Shown here piece after piece: positions 29,363 to 45,115 of a stretch of 64,000 nucleotides of DNA (its first letter is position 1; every line of letters starts with the position of its first letter). Under the pieces are notes generated by a model. The model was not told the DNA's origin. It searched no databases and saw only the letters and a list, made by a program, of their open reading frames with translations. This stretch comes from the human T2T-CHM13v2.0 reference genome, Homo sapiens: NCBI RefSeq assembly GCF_009914755.1, contig NC_060947.1; one strand, given 5' to 3'. A program made the position numbers and the translations under genes.

Positions 29363-29664
29363 GGCTGAGCGTGGTGGCTCACTCCTGTAATCCCAGCTCT
29401 TTGGGAGGCTGAGGTAGATGGATCACTTGAGCCTAATAGTTCAAGACTTGCCTGGGCAAAATGGCAAAGCTCTATCTCTACAAGAAAAGAAAAAAATAGA
29501 GAAATTAGCCAGGCATGGTGGAACATGCCTGTAGTCCCAGCTACATGAAAGGCTGAGGTGGGAGGATAACTTGAGCCCACGAATCGGAGGTTGCAGTTAG
29601 CTGAGACCACGCTATTGCACTCCAGCCTGGATGACAGAGTGAGACCCTGTCTCAAAGAAAAAAA
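29363..29664 (+). mobile_element. AluJ
   Basis: Diverged dimer with GGATCACTTGAGCC and GGAGGATAACTTGAGCCC (J diagnostics). Confidence 0.9.
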
Positions 29665-29674
29665 CTTTCCTGAT

Positions 29675-29790
29675 TATATATATGTGTGTGTGTGTGCACG
29701 CACGTGCATGTGCTTGTGTATGTATGTATAAATATATACATATATAATTATATTATATAATATTATATTTATGTATATATGCATATATTG
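29675..29790 (+). repeat. (TA)n/(TG)n low-complexity tract
   Basis: Direct reading of the sequence. Confidence 0.85.
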
Positions 29791-31388
29791 ACTACTTACA
29801 TGTCATATATCAGTGGGCAGATTAATTCCAGCTCTGCTTTGTGCAGAATTATAAGTTCTTCTTTTATCTCCTAAATTAGTATGATCCAAATTATTTCTGG
29901 AGGTGCAGTTTTAGTATCCATTGCACATCATCAAGTTACTCCAGTCATTCATAATTATAAAATTTTAAATGCATAGCATATACCCACATTACTGAAATGG
30001 GCCAAAATTTATTAAGGTAAGGAATGGAATGTGTTCAGTAATTTTGTGTTCATGGAACAAATCTACTAATACTAAAATAAAAAATACATATGTATTTAAT
30101 ATATATTTTCAACCAAAGAAATGGATATGCTTTAAATTTCAGTACATAACCTTCTCCCTAATTTCTAACAATCACATATTTTTTAGAAAAACTGCTTGCT
30201 TTACAAAGGAAAGTTACCTAAATATTGAAAGTATACTGGCATTCATAATTAAATTATTTTTCTATCGATCATTTTTATTGCATTATTTCACATTTCACCA
30301 TATTATTTATAGAACACAGTAATGAACTTCCATTGCTTTATTGCATTATTTGGTAAACAATGTAACAAACTGGAGAACTAGAGTAATAAAAATAAGGTGA
30401 TTTAGCAATAAAGCAATTCCCCAGATTTTAATTAAATTATGGAAATTTATTATCTAAAGAGTGCAACCTAGGACTCAGTAATATGGGTCTGGGGCATCAC
30501 AGATTTAGGAATAGAGCTCTGAAAATCCAAATAAGTAAAATATATAGTTGATTTTGAATATGCCTTAAAAATGAAGAGACATGAAGTGATAAATAATAGC
30601 TACAACCTTTCCTTTTTCCATAAATGAGGATCCCTTGCAACAAGCATGAGTCCTGACATCTAAGAGCCTCTATCTAGATGAATGTTTCGAGAGGATTGAC
30701 CTCAAATATGTAACAAATTTAAAACAGATCTTTGAAACAACCGAATGATTAGTTCTCAAGCACTCAATTGCAGTTTTCAGAATTATTTCCCAGGATATTT
30801 TCTGTAGAAAGAGTGTAAATCTAGGCAAATAATTTTTAAAATAAAAATAATAAAATACTCAATTTTCAAAATGAAATTAGAATATATCAAATGTTTGGAG
30901 CCATGAATATAACTTACTCCTTGATAAATATTCAAGGGCATTAAAAGCTTATTCTAATAAAATTTTAAATGCTAATTCCTATTAAATAAATGAATCTAAA
31001 TTCAGAAACAAATATCCTTCTGTTCATCTGATCATCCAACTCAAAAATGCTAAAATATTTAATTGCACTTGAAACTTTACTAATAATCAATATATGTTCA
31101 TCGGGACTTAGAAGGCTAACATCCTAAAACATTATCAAGCTACCAAAAATCTAAACCAATAATAAGTAGATAAAATCTGATTTATAGCCACATAACTTGA
31201 TAACTGGAAAGATTAGGAATAGAAGTTGATTCAGAGAAAATAACTAAGTTTAGGTATGGGGTAATCTATTAAGATTGTTTTCTTTCTTGTCAGAAATTTA
31301 AGCTAGTTTCTCAGATGACTGCATTTCTCAAAGTTTCACACTCACAAGATTCCTCAAAGACATTCTTTGCTTATTTTTCTGAATCTTC

Positions 31389-31609
31389 CCAATATTAGAT
31401 TTTTTTTAAGTAAAAAATGTTTTTATTGCTCCAGCAATCAGCAATCTCTTGCCCCACCACCTGTTTATTATTATTATTATTATACTTTAAGTTTTAGGGT
31501 ACATGTGCACAATGTGCAGGTTTGTTACATATGTATACGTGTGCCATTTGGTGTGCTGCACCCACTAACTCGTCATTTAGCATTAGATATATCTCCAATA
31601 TTAGATTTT
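31389..31609 (-). mobile_element. Severely 5'-truncated young L1PA carrying a ~56-bp 3' transduction, bounded by a 15-bp TSD
   Basis: TSD CCAATATTAGATTTT at 31389-31403 and 31595-31609. L1 3' end at ~31464-31594. Non-L1 tag at 31408-31463 with AATAAA on the minus strand. Confidence 0.9.
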
Positions 31610-31929
31610 AAAAGCCTTAAAGTTTTGTTTTCATTTTGCAGCCTCCTTGGATGTAAGTTTAGATCTTATTCACTAGATATTAAGGATATAATATGAGCTC
31701 CAGAGACCTTTTATCAATCAGTCCTTTTATAGATAATTTTACTGTAGCCTTTTTCTTTCTGACTCATTCTGTACAAGTATTTCATTACACATATTTATTC
31801 ATTTTTTTCCAATTAAGGTTTTTGTACTTGCATTTTATTTTTTCAATTGTCTTCCTGTGTAAATAATCACTGGAGTACATTCATCTCCTGCTTGGTCTAC
31901 AAACATTTACTTTTGCCAGAATTGTGTGC

Positions 31930-32250
31930 TTCGCCATATTCTCATTCTACATGCTCTTCTTCAGTGCATCCTTTATTTTCCCATCGTTTTAATACTATTT
32001 TCTATGCTGATGACTGACAAATCTCTTTTTCCTGTGATAACTATCACTACAGAGTCAGATCTAGTTGACATCTCTCTTTGGTTGTCTCACAAGCACTTAA
32101 ACTTAAAATGTGCCAAAGCACCATCCTAAGATCTCTGATTTGACACAACACTTCATAAGTATAAAGGACATACTGTATGTATTTCTCTACCCCACCAACA
32201 ATTACAGTATACAGCAGCTATTAAGTATTGAATAAATATCTGCTGAACTG
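31930..32250 (+). mobile_element. L2 fragments
   Basis: CTATGCTGATGACTGACAAATCT...GACATCTCTCTTTGGTTGTCTCACAAGCACTTAAACTTAAAATGTGCCAAA. Confidence 0.6.
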
Positions 32251-32574
32251 TCCTATGTGTTGTAGAGTATGAAAAGCCTCACACCCCTAACCTGTTATTT
32301 TTTATGTGAACCTTTTTTTTTTCTTTCTTTCTTTTTTTTTTTGGTATATACTGTCTTGGATCTTTTCCCTTGGCCACCTCTGCTGTTTGAAGCAAGGTAC
32401 TTTCCAGCTCTTCATCTCAGGTCCCCTTCTATTTAAAAAGTGATTAGAATAGATTATTGCTAAAGTTCCTTTAAACTCTGATATCCTTAGGAATAAAAGT
32501 TAAATGCTGTAGGAAATGTCAGTGAAAGCTAATACTTAAATTGAGCATTGAGGAGTAGTTGACACATTTTCCTT

Positions 32575-34845
32575 AACTTTTTCAAATTTTGCATAACAGT
32601 TTTACTGCTACATATTTTACATAGCAAATAGTTTATTTTTTTAAAGTATATAATTTCATGGATTTTAATATATTCATAGAGTCGAGCAGCCATCACTACA
32701 ATCAGTTTAGAACATTTTCATAATTCATTACTCATTAGCAATTACCCACATCAGGTCTCCCTAATCCCCCCCAAAGCCAGCCCCAGGAAACAACTAATAT
32801 TTTCTTTTTTCTATCTAGATTTACATGTTCTGGACATTTAATAAAAATAAAAATATAAACTGTGCGGTATTTTTGACTAGCTTCTTTCACTTAACATTAA
32901 TTTTTCAAGTTTAACCTATGTTGTAGTATGTATCCGTACTTCATTTCTTTTTATTGTTGATTATATGGATATATCACAATTCTTTATCCATTTATCAGTT
33001 GATTTGTATGGATACATGCTTTCATTTATCTTAAATATATAGCTCATAGTGAAATTGCTGGGTCATATAATTTGAATGTTTAACATTTGGAGGAGCAGCC
33101 AGACTGGACTGTTTGACAAATTCCCTAAACCTCTTTATTCCCACCAAGAGTGTATTGGTAGCTGCATTTCTCCCTGACAGTTGTCTTTTCAATATAGCTA
33201 TCCTAATGTGTGTGAAATGGTATCACATTGTAGTTTTAATTTTCATTTTCCTGATGACTAATAATGTTGAGTATTTTTTTGTATGCTTACTGAACATTTT
33301 GATAGCTCCCTTGGGGAAATGCCAATATCTGTACTTTGCTTCTTTTAAATCAAATTACTTGCCTTTTTCTTGTACTCTTCTAAGTGGCAGTTATACAATC
33401 TAAATATAAGTCCCCTATCACATGCATGATTTGCAAAATTTTTGTTTATTTTGAATGTTGTTTTTTCACATTCTCTATGGTATCTTTTGGAGCAAAACAG
33501 TAATTTGATGATTATTATTTTTTGTTTTTTTTGCTAGTGTTTTTGGTGTCATATTAAAATTAAGAGTTGCTTAACTCAGGGTCATGTAGATTTTCATCTG
33601 TTTCCTTCTAAGAATTTTATATTTTCAACTCTTATATATAGATATTTGATTAATTTTGAGTTATTTATTGTATGTGATGTGAAACAGAGTTTTGATTTCA
33701 TTTTCTTACCAGGATAAGAGATAGTTATCTCACCACTATTTGTTTCAAATTTTACAAAAAATATTTATCATATTAAATTGTATGGCAGGTATCTTTGTTT
33801 AAAAACAACTGACAATTTATTGGTTTGTTTTTTGGACTTTCAATTCCATTCCATGTAACTATATATTACTTAGTATGCTATTAAATAATTTGAAAATCAG
33901 TCTTAGTTACTGCTGTTTGTAGTAAGTTTTAAAATTGGGAGTCTGAGTCTTCCAATACTGTTCTTATTTTTAGCTATTCTTGGACCCTTGAATTTCCATA
34001 TGAATTTTATAGTCAACTTGTCAGTTTCTGCAAGAAAAAATCCATCTGGAATTTTTATGTAAATTACATTGAAACTGTGGACCAATTTGAGGGAGGACCA
34101 CCTTGCTAATAGTATTAAATAATCTTATTTATCAGTGTGGAATAGTTCTCTATTTAGGTCTAGGTTTTTGCTTTCTTTTGTTAAATTTACTCCTGCTTTA
34201 TTCCCTTGAAGCTATTAAAAATAAATTTTTAAAATTTTATTTTCAGTGTGTTCATTTAAGGTGTATAGAAATGAAATTTATTTTAGTATACTAATCTGTT
34301 CTGAAAGCTTGCTAAACATGTTTATTATTTTTAATAATTTATTAAGGGATTCCTTAAGATTATATATATATATGTGTGTATATATATGACTTATGATTTT
34401 ATAAGAATTCGTTCATTTTATCTAGTCCAATTTTTGGCATAAAATCATTCATAGTATTTTCCTAAAATCATTTTTATTTCTATAAACTGAATTGTAATGT
34501 CTCACTTTTTTAGTTGATTATAGTAACCTCAGTCTTTCTTATCTCCTTTATTGGTCAATCTACATAAATAGTTGTCTATTACATTGATTGATCCAAAACC
34601 ATCTTTTAATTTAGAATGTTTTCTCTTATATTTTTTATACTCTATTTCACTAATTTTCACTTTAATATTTTTCTTTCTTCTGCTTGCTTTTGGCGTGGTT
34701 TTCTTTGCCCTTTTTCCAGTTTTTAATGTAGACAGGCTATTGATCTTCCTTTTTAAATGTAAACATTTACAACCATACATTGCCATTCTAGCATTGCTTT
34801 AGCAACATTATTTAAGATTTAGCATGTTGTGCCTTCATATTCACT
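32575..34845 (-). mobile_element. Old LINE-1 (L1MB-like), 3' UTR plus deleted ORF2 pieces
   Basis: L1MB-type 3' end (CAGCCATCACTACAATC...TTAGAACATTTTCAT). Minus ORFs 33903..34085 (KFIWKFKGPRIAK) and 34529..34786 (PKASRRKKNIKVK). Confidence 0.78.
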
Positions 34846-37800
34846 CATGCGCTGGGGAGTCCAGTTTGTCTGGACAAGGAGGAATCCCCCACAATGCAGC
34901 ACAGCTACTGTGCCAGATAGTGGCCAGATTGCTTTTTAAAGCAAGAACCGAATCCATCCATCCTCACCGATATGGGCCTCCCTGTGTCTCAGTAAATCCA
35001 ACTAGGGTTATACAAACAGAATTCTGATCTCTCCCTGGGACCAGAGCCCCCAGGGGTAGGAGCAGCTGCATTTCTGCAGTTCAGCCGACTCAGCAGTTCT
35101 AGTCTGCCAGCTCCAGTGAGTCCAGGTGGTCCTGATGAGAAGGAGTCCCCCACAATGCAGCACAGCTGCTGTGCCGAATTGTGGCCAGACTGCTTCTTTA
35201 GGTGGAATCATAATCCATCCCTTCTCACTGGGCAGGGCCTCCCTGCAGGAATTTCAGCAACTCCTGCCAGGGTTATAGGGACAGAACTCTGATCTCTCCA
35301 TGGGACAGAGCCCCTGAGGGGAGGGGAGGTTGACATCTCTGCAGTTCAGTCGACTTAGACTTTGTAGCCTGCTGGCTCTGAAAGAGTCCAGGCAATCTGG
35401 CCGAGAAAGAGTTACCCCCAATGCAGCACACCTGCTCTACTAAAAAGCAGTCAGGGCCGGGCGCCGTGGCTCCCACCTGTAATCCCAGCACTTTGGGAGG
35501 CCGAGGTAGGCAGATCACCTGAGGTCAGGAGTTCCAGACCAGCCTGACCAACATGGAGGAAACCTATCTCTACTAAAAATACAAAATTAGCTGGCCATGG
35601 TGGCGCATGCCTGTAATCTCAGCTACCTGGGAGGTTGAGGCAGGAGAATTGCTTGAACGTGGGAGACGGAGGTTGTGGTGAGCCAAGATCATGCCATTGC
35701 ACTCCAGCCTCGGAAATAAGAGCAAAACTCCATCCAAAAAAAAAAAAAAAAAAAAAAAAAGCAGTCCGACTGCTTCTTTAAGCAGGTCCCCTATCCTGTC
35801 CCTCCTGACTGGGTGAGACCTCCCAACAGGGGTCTCCAGACACCTCCTACAGGAGCATCTCAGCTGGCAACAGGTCAGTTCCCAACCTGCAATGGGTCTC
35901 CCAGAGGCAGGAGCAGACTGCCATGTTTGCTGCTTCACAGCCTTCACTGGTGGTAGGTACCTCCAAGGAAGGGAAAAAACAAGGAAACTAGGGTCTGGAG
36001 AAACCCTTAACAGGCCCTTACAGAAAGTGGCCTGTTAAAGAAAAACAAACAGAAAGCAACAGAAATAACAGCAGCAACAAAAAAGACCCCATGAAATCCC
36101 CATTCACAGGTCAGCAATCTCAAAATTGAAGGTATGTAAGTCCACAAAGATGTGAAAGAATCAATGCAAAAATGCTGAAACTCAAAAAACCAGAGTGGCT
36201 CTTCTCGAAATGACTGCAACACCTATATAGCATGAGCACAGAACTAGGTTGAGGATGAAATGGCTGAATTGACAGAAGAAGGCTTCAGAAGGTTTATAAT
36301 AATGAAATTCTCTGAGCACAATGTAACCCAATGCAAAGAAGCTAAGAATTGTAATAAAACAATACAGGAACTGATAACCAGAATAGCCAGTTAAGACAGG
36401 AGCATAACTGACCTGATGGAGCTGAAAAACACAACGTGAGGCCTTCACAATGCAATCACAGGAATCAATAGCAGAATATACCAAGTGGAGGAAACAATGT
36501 CAGAGTTTTAAGACTATCTTTCTGAAATAAGACAGAGAGACAAAAATAGAAAAAAACAGAAAAAAAATGAGTGAAAAAGAGACCTCCAAGAAATATGGGA
36601 CTATGTAAAATGACTGAACCTGCAACTGATTGGGGTACCAGAAAGAGAGAGGATGGAACCAACTTGGAAAACATACTTCAGGATATCATCAAGGAGAATT
36701 TCCCTAACCTAAAAAGACAGGCCAACATTCAAATTGAGAAAATCCAGAGAGGCCCAGCAAGATGCTCCACAAGAAGACTCACCCCAAGACACATAATCAT
36801 CAGATTGTCCAAGGTCAAAATGAAAGGAAAAATGTTAAGGCCAGCCAGAGAGAAAGGTCAGGTCACCTACAAAGGGAAACCAGTCAGACTAACAGCAAAT
36901 CTCTTAGTGGAAACCCTATAAGCTAGAAGAGATTGGGGACTAATATTCAACATTCTTGAAGAAAATAATTTCCAACCCATAATGTCATACCGGTCCAAGC
37001 TAAGCTTTATAAGTGAAGGAGAAATAAGATCCTCTTTAAACAAGAAAATGCTGAGGGAATTTATCAAAACCAGGCCTGCCTTACAAGAGCTCCTGAAGGA
37101 AGCACTATACACAGAAAGCAAAAACTCTTACCAAATACCACAAAAACAGACTGAAATTCACAGACTAGTGACACTAGGAAGCAACCACATAAACAAGTGT
37201 GCAAAATAACCAGCTAGAATCATGATGGCAATATCAAATTGACACATGACAATATTAATCTTAAATGTAAATGGGCTAAATGCCCCAATTAAAAGATACA
37301 GAATAGAAAGCCAAAGAGTCAAGACCCATCTGTATGCTGTGTCCAAGAGACCCATCTCACTTGTAAAGACACACATAGACTCAAAATAAAGGGGTGGAGG
37401 AAAAATTACCAAGAAAATGGAAAAGAGAAAAAAGTAGGGGCTGCAATCCTAGTTTCTGACAAAACAGTCTTTAAACCAAAAAAGATCAAATAAGACAAAG
37501 AAGGACATTACAAAAAGGTAAAGGATTCAATTCAACAAGAAGAGCAAACTGTCCAAATATCTATGCACTCAATACAGGAGCACCAAGATGAATAAAGCAA
37601 GCTCTTAGAGACCTATATAGAGACTTAGACTCCCACAAAATAATAGTGGGAGACTTTAACACCCCACTGACAATATTAGATCATCAACACAAAAAATTAA
37701 CAAAGATATTCAGGACCTGAATCAAACAGACCTGATAGATATCTACAGAACTCTCCACTCCAAAACAACAGAGTATACATTCTTCTCATCACCACGTGGC

Positions 37801-40800
37801 ACTTATTCTAAATTTGATCACATAATCAGAAGGAAAACACTCCTCAGCAAATGCAAAAGAACTGAAATAATAACAATTTCTCAGAACAAAACACAATCAA
37901 ATTAGAACTCAGCACTAAGAAATTCACTCAAAACCACACAACTACATGGAAATTGAACAACTTGCTTCTGAATGACTCCTGGGTAAATAATGAAATCAAG
38001 GCATAAATCAAGTTCTTTGAAACTAATGAGAAAAAGGAGACAACATATCAGAATCTCTGGAATGCAGCTAAAGCAGTGTTAAGAGGGAAATTTATAGTAC
38101 TAAATGCCCACATGAAAAAGCTAGAAAGACCTGAAATAAACAAACTAACGTCACAACTAAAAGAACTAAAGACTCAAGAGCAAACAAACCCCAAAGCTAG
38201 CAGAAGACAAAATTTAACCAAGATCAGAGCAAAACTGAAGGATATATATATATATATAACTTCAAAAAATCAACAAATCCAGGACCAGATTTTTAGAAAA
38301 AAAATAATAAAATAGATAGCTAGCTAGACTAATAAATAAGAAAAGAAAGAAGAATCAAATAGACACAAACAGAAATTATAAGGGGGATATTACCACTGAC
38401 CCCACAGTAATACAAACAACCATCAAATACTATAAACACCTCTATGGACATAAACTAGAAAATCTAGGAGAAAGGGATAAGTTCATGCACACATACACCC
38501 TCCCAAGACTGAAAGAGGTAAAAATGGAATTCCTGAATAGACCAATAACAAGTTGGAAATGGAGGCAGTAATAAATTGCCTACCAACCAAAAAAAAAAAA
38601 AAAAAACCCAGGACCAGAGGGATTCACAGATGAATTCTACCAGAGGCACAAAGAAGAGCTTGTACTATTTCTAAGGAAAGTATTTCATAAATTTGAAAAA
38701 GAGGGAATCCTAACTCATTTTATGAGGCCAGCATCATCCTGAAACCAAAACCTGGCAAAGATGCAACAAAAACAAAAACTTTAGGCCAATATCCCTGTTG
38801 AACATGGATGCAAGAATCTTTAATAAAATACTGGCAAACCAAAACCAGCAGCACATCAAAAAGCTTATTCGCCATAATCAAGTTTGCTTCATTCCCCAGA
38901 TGCAAGGTCAGTTCAACATATGCAAATAAATAAATGTAATTCATCACATAAACAGAATTAAAGACAAAAACCACATGATTATATCAATACATGCAGAAAA
39001 GGCCTTTGATAAAATTGAACATGCGTTCACATTAAAAACTCTCAATAAACTAGGTAATGAAGGAACATATCTCAAAATAATAAGAGCCATATATGACAAA
39101 GCCACAGCCAATATCATACTGTATGGGCAAAAGCTGGAAGCATTATGCCTGAAAACTGGCACAAGACAATGATGCCCTCCCTCACCATTCCTATTCAACA
39201 TAGTATTGGAAGTTCTCACCAGGGCAATCAGGTAAGGGCAAGAAGCAATAGGCATTCCAAAAGGGAGAGAGGAAGTCAAATTATCTTTGTTTTCAGATGA
39301 CATGATTCTATATGTAGAAAACACAAAACCTTTATCAGCCTCCAAATCTTCTTAAGCAGATAAGCAACTTCAGCAAAGTCTCATGATAAAAAATAAATGT
39401 GCAAAAATCACTAGCATCTCGGTACAACAAAAAAAGGCAAGCAGAGAGACAAATCATAAATGTGCTCGCATTCTCAATTGCTACAAAAACAATAAAATAC
39501 CTTGGAGTACAGCTAACAAGGAAGTGAATCACCTCTTCAAGGAGAATCACACACCACAGCTCAAATAAATCTGAGAGAACACAAACAAATGGAAAAACAT
39601 TAGATTCTCATGGATAGGAAGACTCAATATTGTGAAAATGGCCATACTGCCCAAAGCAATTTATAGATTCAATGCTATTCCCATTAAACTGCCCTTGACT
39701 TTCTTCACAGAATTAGAAAAAACTACTTAAAAATTCATATGGAACCAAAAAAGAGCCCAAATAGCCAAGGCAATCCTAAGCAAAAAGAACAAAGCTGGAA
39801 GCATCACGCTACCTGACTTCAAACTATACTACAAGGCTACAGTAACCAAAACAGCATGGTACTGGTACAAAAACAAACACATAAACCAATAAAACAGAAT
39901 CAAGAACTCAGAAATAAGACTGTACATCTGAAACCATCTGATCTTTGACAAACCTGACAAAAACAAGGAAAGGGGAAAGGATTGCCTATTTAATAAATGG
40001 TGCTGGGAGAACTGGCTAGCCATATGCAGAAAATTGAAACTAGACCCCTTCCTTACACCTTATACAAAAGTTAACTCAAGATGAACTACAGACTTAAATG
40101 TAAAACCCCAAACTACAAAAACCCTAGAAGAAAATCTAGTCAATACGATTCAAGGCATAGACAGGGACAAAGTTTTCATGAAAAAAACATCAAAAGCAAT
40201 TGCAACAAAAGCAAAGATTGACAAATGGAATCGAATTAAACTAAAGAGCTTCTGCACAGCAAAACAAACTATCATCAGAGTGAAGAGACAACCTATAGAA
40301 TAAGAGAAAATTTTTGTAATATTTTCATTGGACAAAGGTCTAATATCCAGAGTCTACAAGGAATTTAATTAAATTTATAAGAAAAAAACAAACAACCACA
40401 TTAAAAAGTGGGCAAAGGACACGAACAGACACTTCTCAAAAGAAGACATATATGCTTTCAACAAACGTGAAAAAAAAAGCTCAACATCACTGATAACTAG
40501 AGAAATGCAAATCAAAACCACAATGAAATACCACCACACTTCAGTGAGAATGGCGATTGTTAAAAAGTCCAGAAACAACAGATGAGGTGGTGGAGAAGAA
40601 GGAAAACTCTTACATTGTTGGTGGGAGTGTAAATTAGTTAACCTATTGTGGAAGACAGTGTGGGGATTCCTCAAAGATCTAAAGGCAGAAATACCATTTG
40701 ACCCAGCAATCCCACTACTTAGTATGTACTCAAAGGAATATAAATCATTCCGTTATAAATGCACATGCATGTGTATATTTATTGCAGCACTATTCACAAT

Positions 40801-41245
40801 AGCAAGACATGGAATCAACCACATGCCTATCAATGATAGACTGGATAAAGAAAATGTGGTACATGTACACCATGGAATACTATGCAGCCATAAAAAGCAA
40901 TGAGATCATGTCTTTTGCAGGGACCTGGATAGAGCTGGAAGCCATTATCCACAGCAAACTAACACAAGAACAAAAAAAAACCCACCACATGTTCTCACTT
41001 ATAAGTGGGAGCTAAGGATGAGAACACATGGACAGAAGGCAGGGAACAACACACACTGGGGCCTGTCGGGTGGAGGGGTGAGAGGAGAGCGAGCATCAGA
41101 AACATTAGCTAATAGATGCTGGGCTTAATACCTGTGTGATGGAATGATCTGTGCATCAAACCACCATGGCACACATTTACCTATGTAACAAACCTGCACA
41201 TCCTGAACATGTACTTCTGAACTTAAAATAAAAGTTGAAGAAAAA
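34846..41245 (+). mobile_element. Near full-length LINE-1 (L1PA10-13-like): repeated 5' UTR, ORF1, ORF2 and 3' UTR, all disrupted
   Basis: ORF1 pieces 36571..36921 (ENFPNL...TPRHIIIRLSKV...AREKGQVTYKGKPVRLTA) and 36982..37209. ORF2 pieces 38076..38315, 38975..39172 and 40809..41015. 3' end ...CTGAACTTAAAATAAAAGTTGAAGAAAA. Confidence 0.92.
35455..35760 (+). mobile_element. AluSp-like, inserted in the L1 5' UTR
   Basis: CCTGACCAACATGGAG, GGCGCATGCC and AAGAGCAAAACTCC; long A tail. TSD AAAAAGCAGTCAG / AAAAAGCAGTCCG. Confidence 0.92.
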
Positions 41246-41579
41246 CAAACTAACCGAAAACAATTAACAAAATAGCAGATTTAAGGCTTCTCTTATCAGT
41301 AATTACATTGAATGTAAGTTTTTAAATCAAACCCAGACATTGGCAAAAGGTATTAAAAACAAACACAACTTGGTCTGAATATAGATGTTTTATAAGAAAA
41401 TCTAGATTGAAAGTCACAGATAGGTTGAAAGTGAAAAAATGTGAAAAGATATTCATTTTATGTAAACAGTATTCAAAATAGAGCTGGAGTGGCTATGCTT
41501 CTGTCAAACAAAATCGACTTTAAGACAATAGTTTTATTAAAGACAAACAATAACATCATATGAAAGAAGGACATCATAA

Positions 41580-41926
<347 letters not shown>

Positions 41927-42557
41927 GTGTGCCCAACATTAGAGCCTCCAAATACATGAAACAAAACTCATGTAATTGAAGAAGACAACTAAACAATTAA
42001 AAAATAATACTCATAGACTCTAATGCCACAGTTTTAATATTGGTAGGAAAATTAAACATACCAGGAAGAAAATAGGACCATTGAACATTTCTACAAACCA
42101 GATAGACCTAATAAACATCTATAGAACATTTCAATAAATAAAAGAAGAATACATATTCTTCTTAAGTACATGTGGAATTTTTTTTCAAAATAGATTATAT
42201 GTTAGACCACATAACAAGTCTCAATGAATTTAAAATATTCAGTTCATATCAAGTATGTCCTGTGAAGACAATGGGATATTAGAAACTGATTATAGAGGAA
42301 AATTTGAACAATCAAAAAATATGTGCACACAAAATTAAAGAGTGAATTAGAAAATACTTTGCAAGAATGAATACAAACATGCAACATAGCAAAATTAATT
42401 AGGTATCGCAAAAACAGTGATAAGAGGGAAATCACAGCTGTAAATGCACACAGTAAAAGAGAAAAAATATATAATATCAATAACCTCACCTTCAAACTTA
42501 AGAAACTAGCAAAAGAAGAGCAATATAAACCTGAAGACAACACAAGGAAGTACGTAA

Positions 42558-43655
<1,098 letters not shown>

Positions 43656-44205
43656 TCCTTGATCTTAAAATAAATAAATAAATATTAGAATAGAAATAAA
43701 TAATATAGAAAATAGAAAACATCAGAGAAGATCAATGAAACCAAAGTTGATTAATTGAAAAGATCAACAAAATTGACAAACTTTTAACTAGACTGATCGT
43801 GGAAAAAAAGAAGGTGGGGACATTACTACTGTTAAAAAAGTGAAAATGATTACAAGAAAATACCAGGAACAATTGCATGCCAACAAATTAAATAACTTAG
43901 ATGAAATAGAAAAATTCCTAGAAACATGCAGGATATCAAAATTTATCAAGAAAAATTTTATTTCAATAAACTTATAGCAATTAAAGCACTGAGTTAATCA
44001 TATTAAAAATGTCTAATAAAGAATATCACAGAACCAGATTTTTTTGATAAATTATATCAAACACTTAAGGCACAATTAAAATAAATGCTTCTCAAACTCT
44101 TCCAAAATATATTGAGGAGGAAGAATTACTTTCTAACTTTTTCTATGAGGCCAGTATTACCCTGATAGCAAAGCCAGATGATAACATCACAAGAAAACTA
44201 AATAA

Positions 44206-45115
44206 CTTATTGTCTGATATTGATACAGCCATTACATCTCTCTTTTCTTTTTAAAAACAAAAATTAGTAAACTTTGTAATTTAGGGCAGCTTTAGGTTCA
44301 CAGCAAAATTCAGCAGTAAGTACAGAGAATTCATATATACCATCTCTCTCTCCACACAAAACTCCTCTGCTCTCTTACTGTTCTGTTGGGCACTACACAT
44401 TTTATAAGTCTTCCTGAGATTGTTCTGAGATTCAGTTAAGTTTCTTGGAAATTCTATATCCTTTCAGTGTTGGTATCAGAGCAATGAAGAATGCTTAATC
44501 TGAGATTAATTATTCTTCACTACTGAGGTTAAAATACTTCTGTGTGTATTCTTTTTCATGTCCCATGAATCTTAAGGTTTTTTTACTTTTATTTTCTTTT
44601 CCCGTATCCTCATGGGAAGATGTACTGTTCCAAGACTTCTGTGAGTGCTGGGCGTTATTACTGCTAACCCTTTTAGAATGTTCATTGCCTGGTCTCAGGT
44701 ATATTTTTCACATACATATGCTTACCAAGTGAGGTGAACACTTAGGATGACCTTGTGATGATCTCTTTAGTTCTCTCTCTGAAGCTGTCTCCTCTTCAGT
44801 ACTCTGTTTTTGGAATTATAATTGCTTTAGTCTTCCCCTATTCTCAGTTCTATTTCCTTAAATCAGAAAGGGTGCTCTGCTATATGCCTGGATTCCCCTT
44901 ATTTGCACTGTTAGTTGGAATCACTCTAGGCAACAAGGTGGGTGAATTATAAGGCTCAACACAATTGTTTTTCATCTCTAAGGGATCACTGTCCTTCTTT
45001 ATCTCATATATGGTTACTTACAATCTGTATTTTCATATATATTTTTTTTCTGTTTAATGGTTGTTTTAGAAGAATAAATCTGGTTCCTGTTTTTCCATGT
45101 TGGTAAACAGTTAAA
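44206..45115 (-). mobile_element. Ancient L1M fragments, including an L1MC-like 3' end at ~44250-44370
   Basis: TTGTCTGATATTGATACAGCCA (antisense endonuclease region) and GCAGCTTTAGGTTCACAGCAAAATT...GTACAGAGA (L1MC 3' end). The remainder is heavily diverged. Confidence 0.5.

Noticed and set aside
34846-41245. Active full-length L1
   Set aside because: ORF1 and ORF2 are broken into many short frames, the 5' UTR is truncated and interrupted by an Alu, and the subfamily is old.
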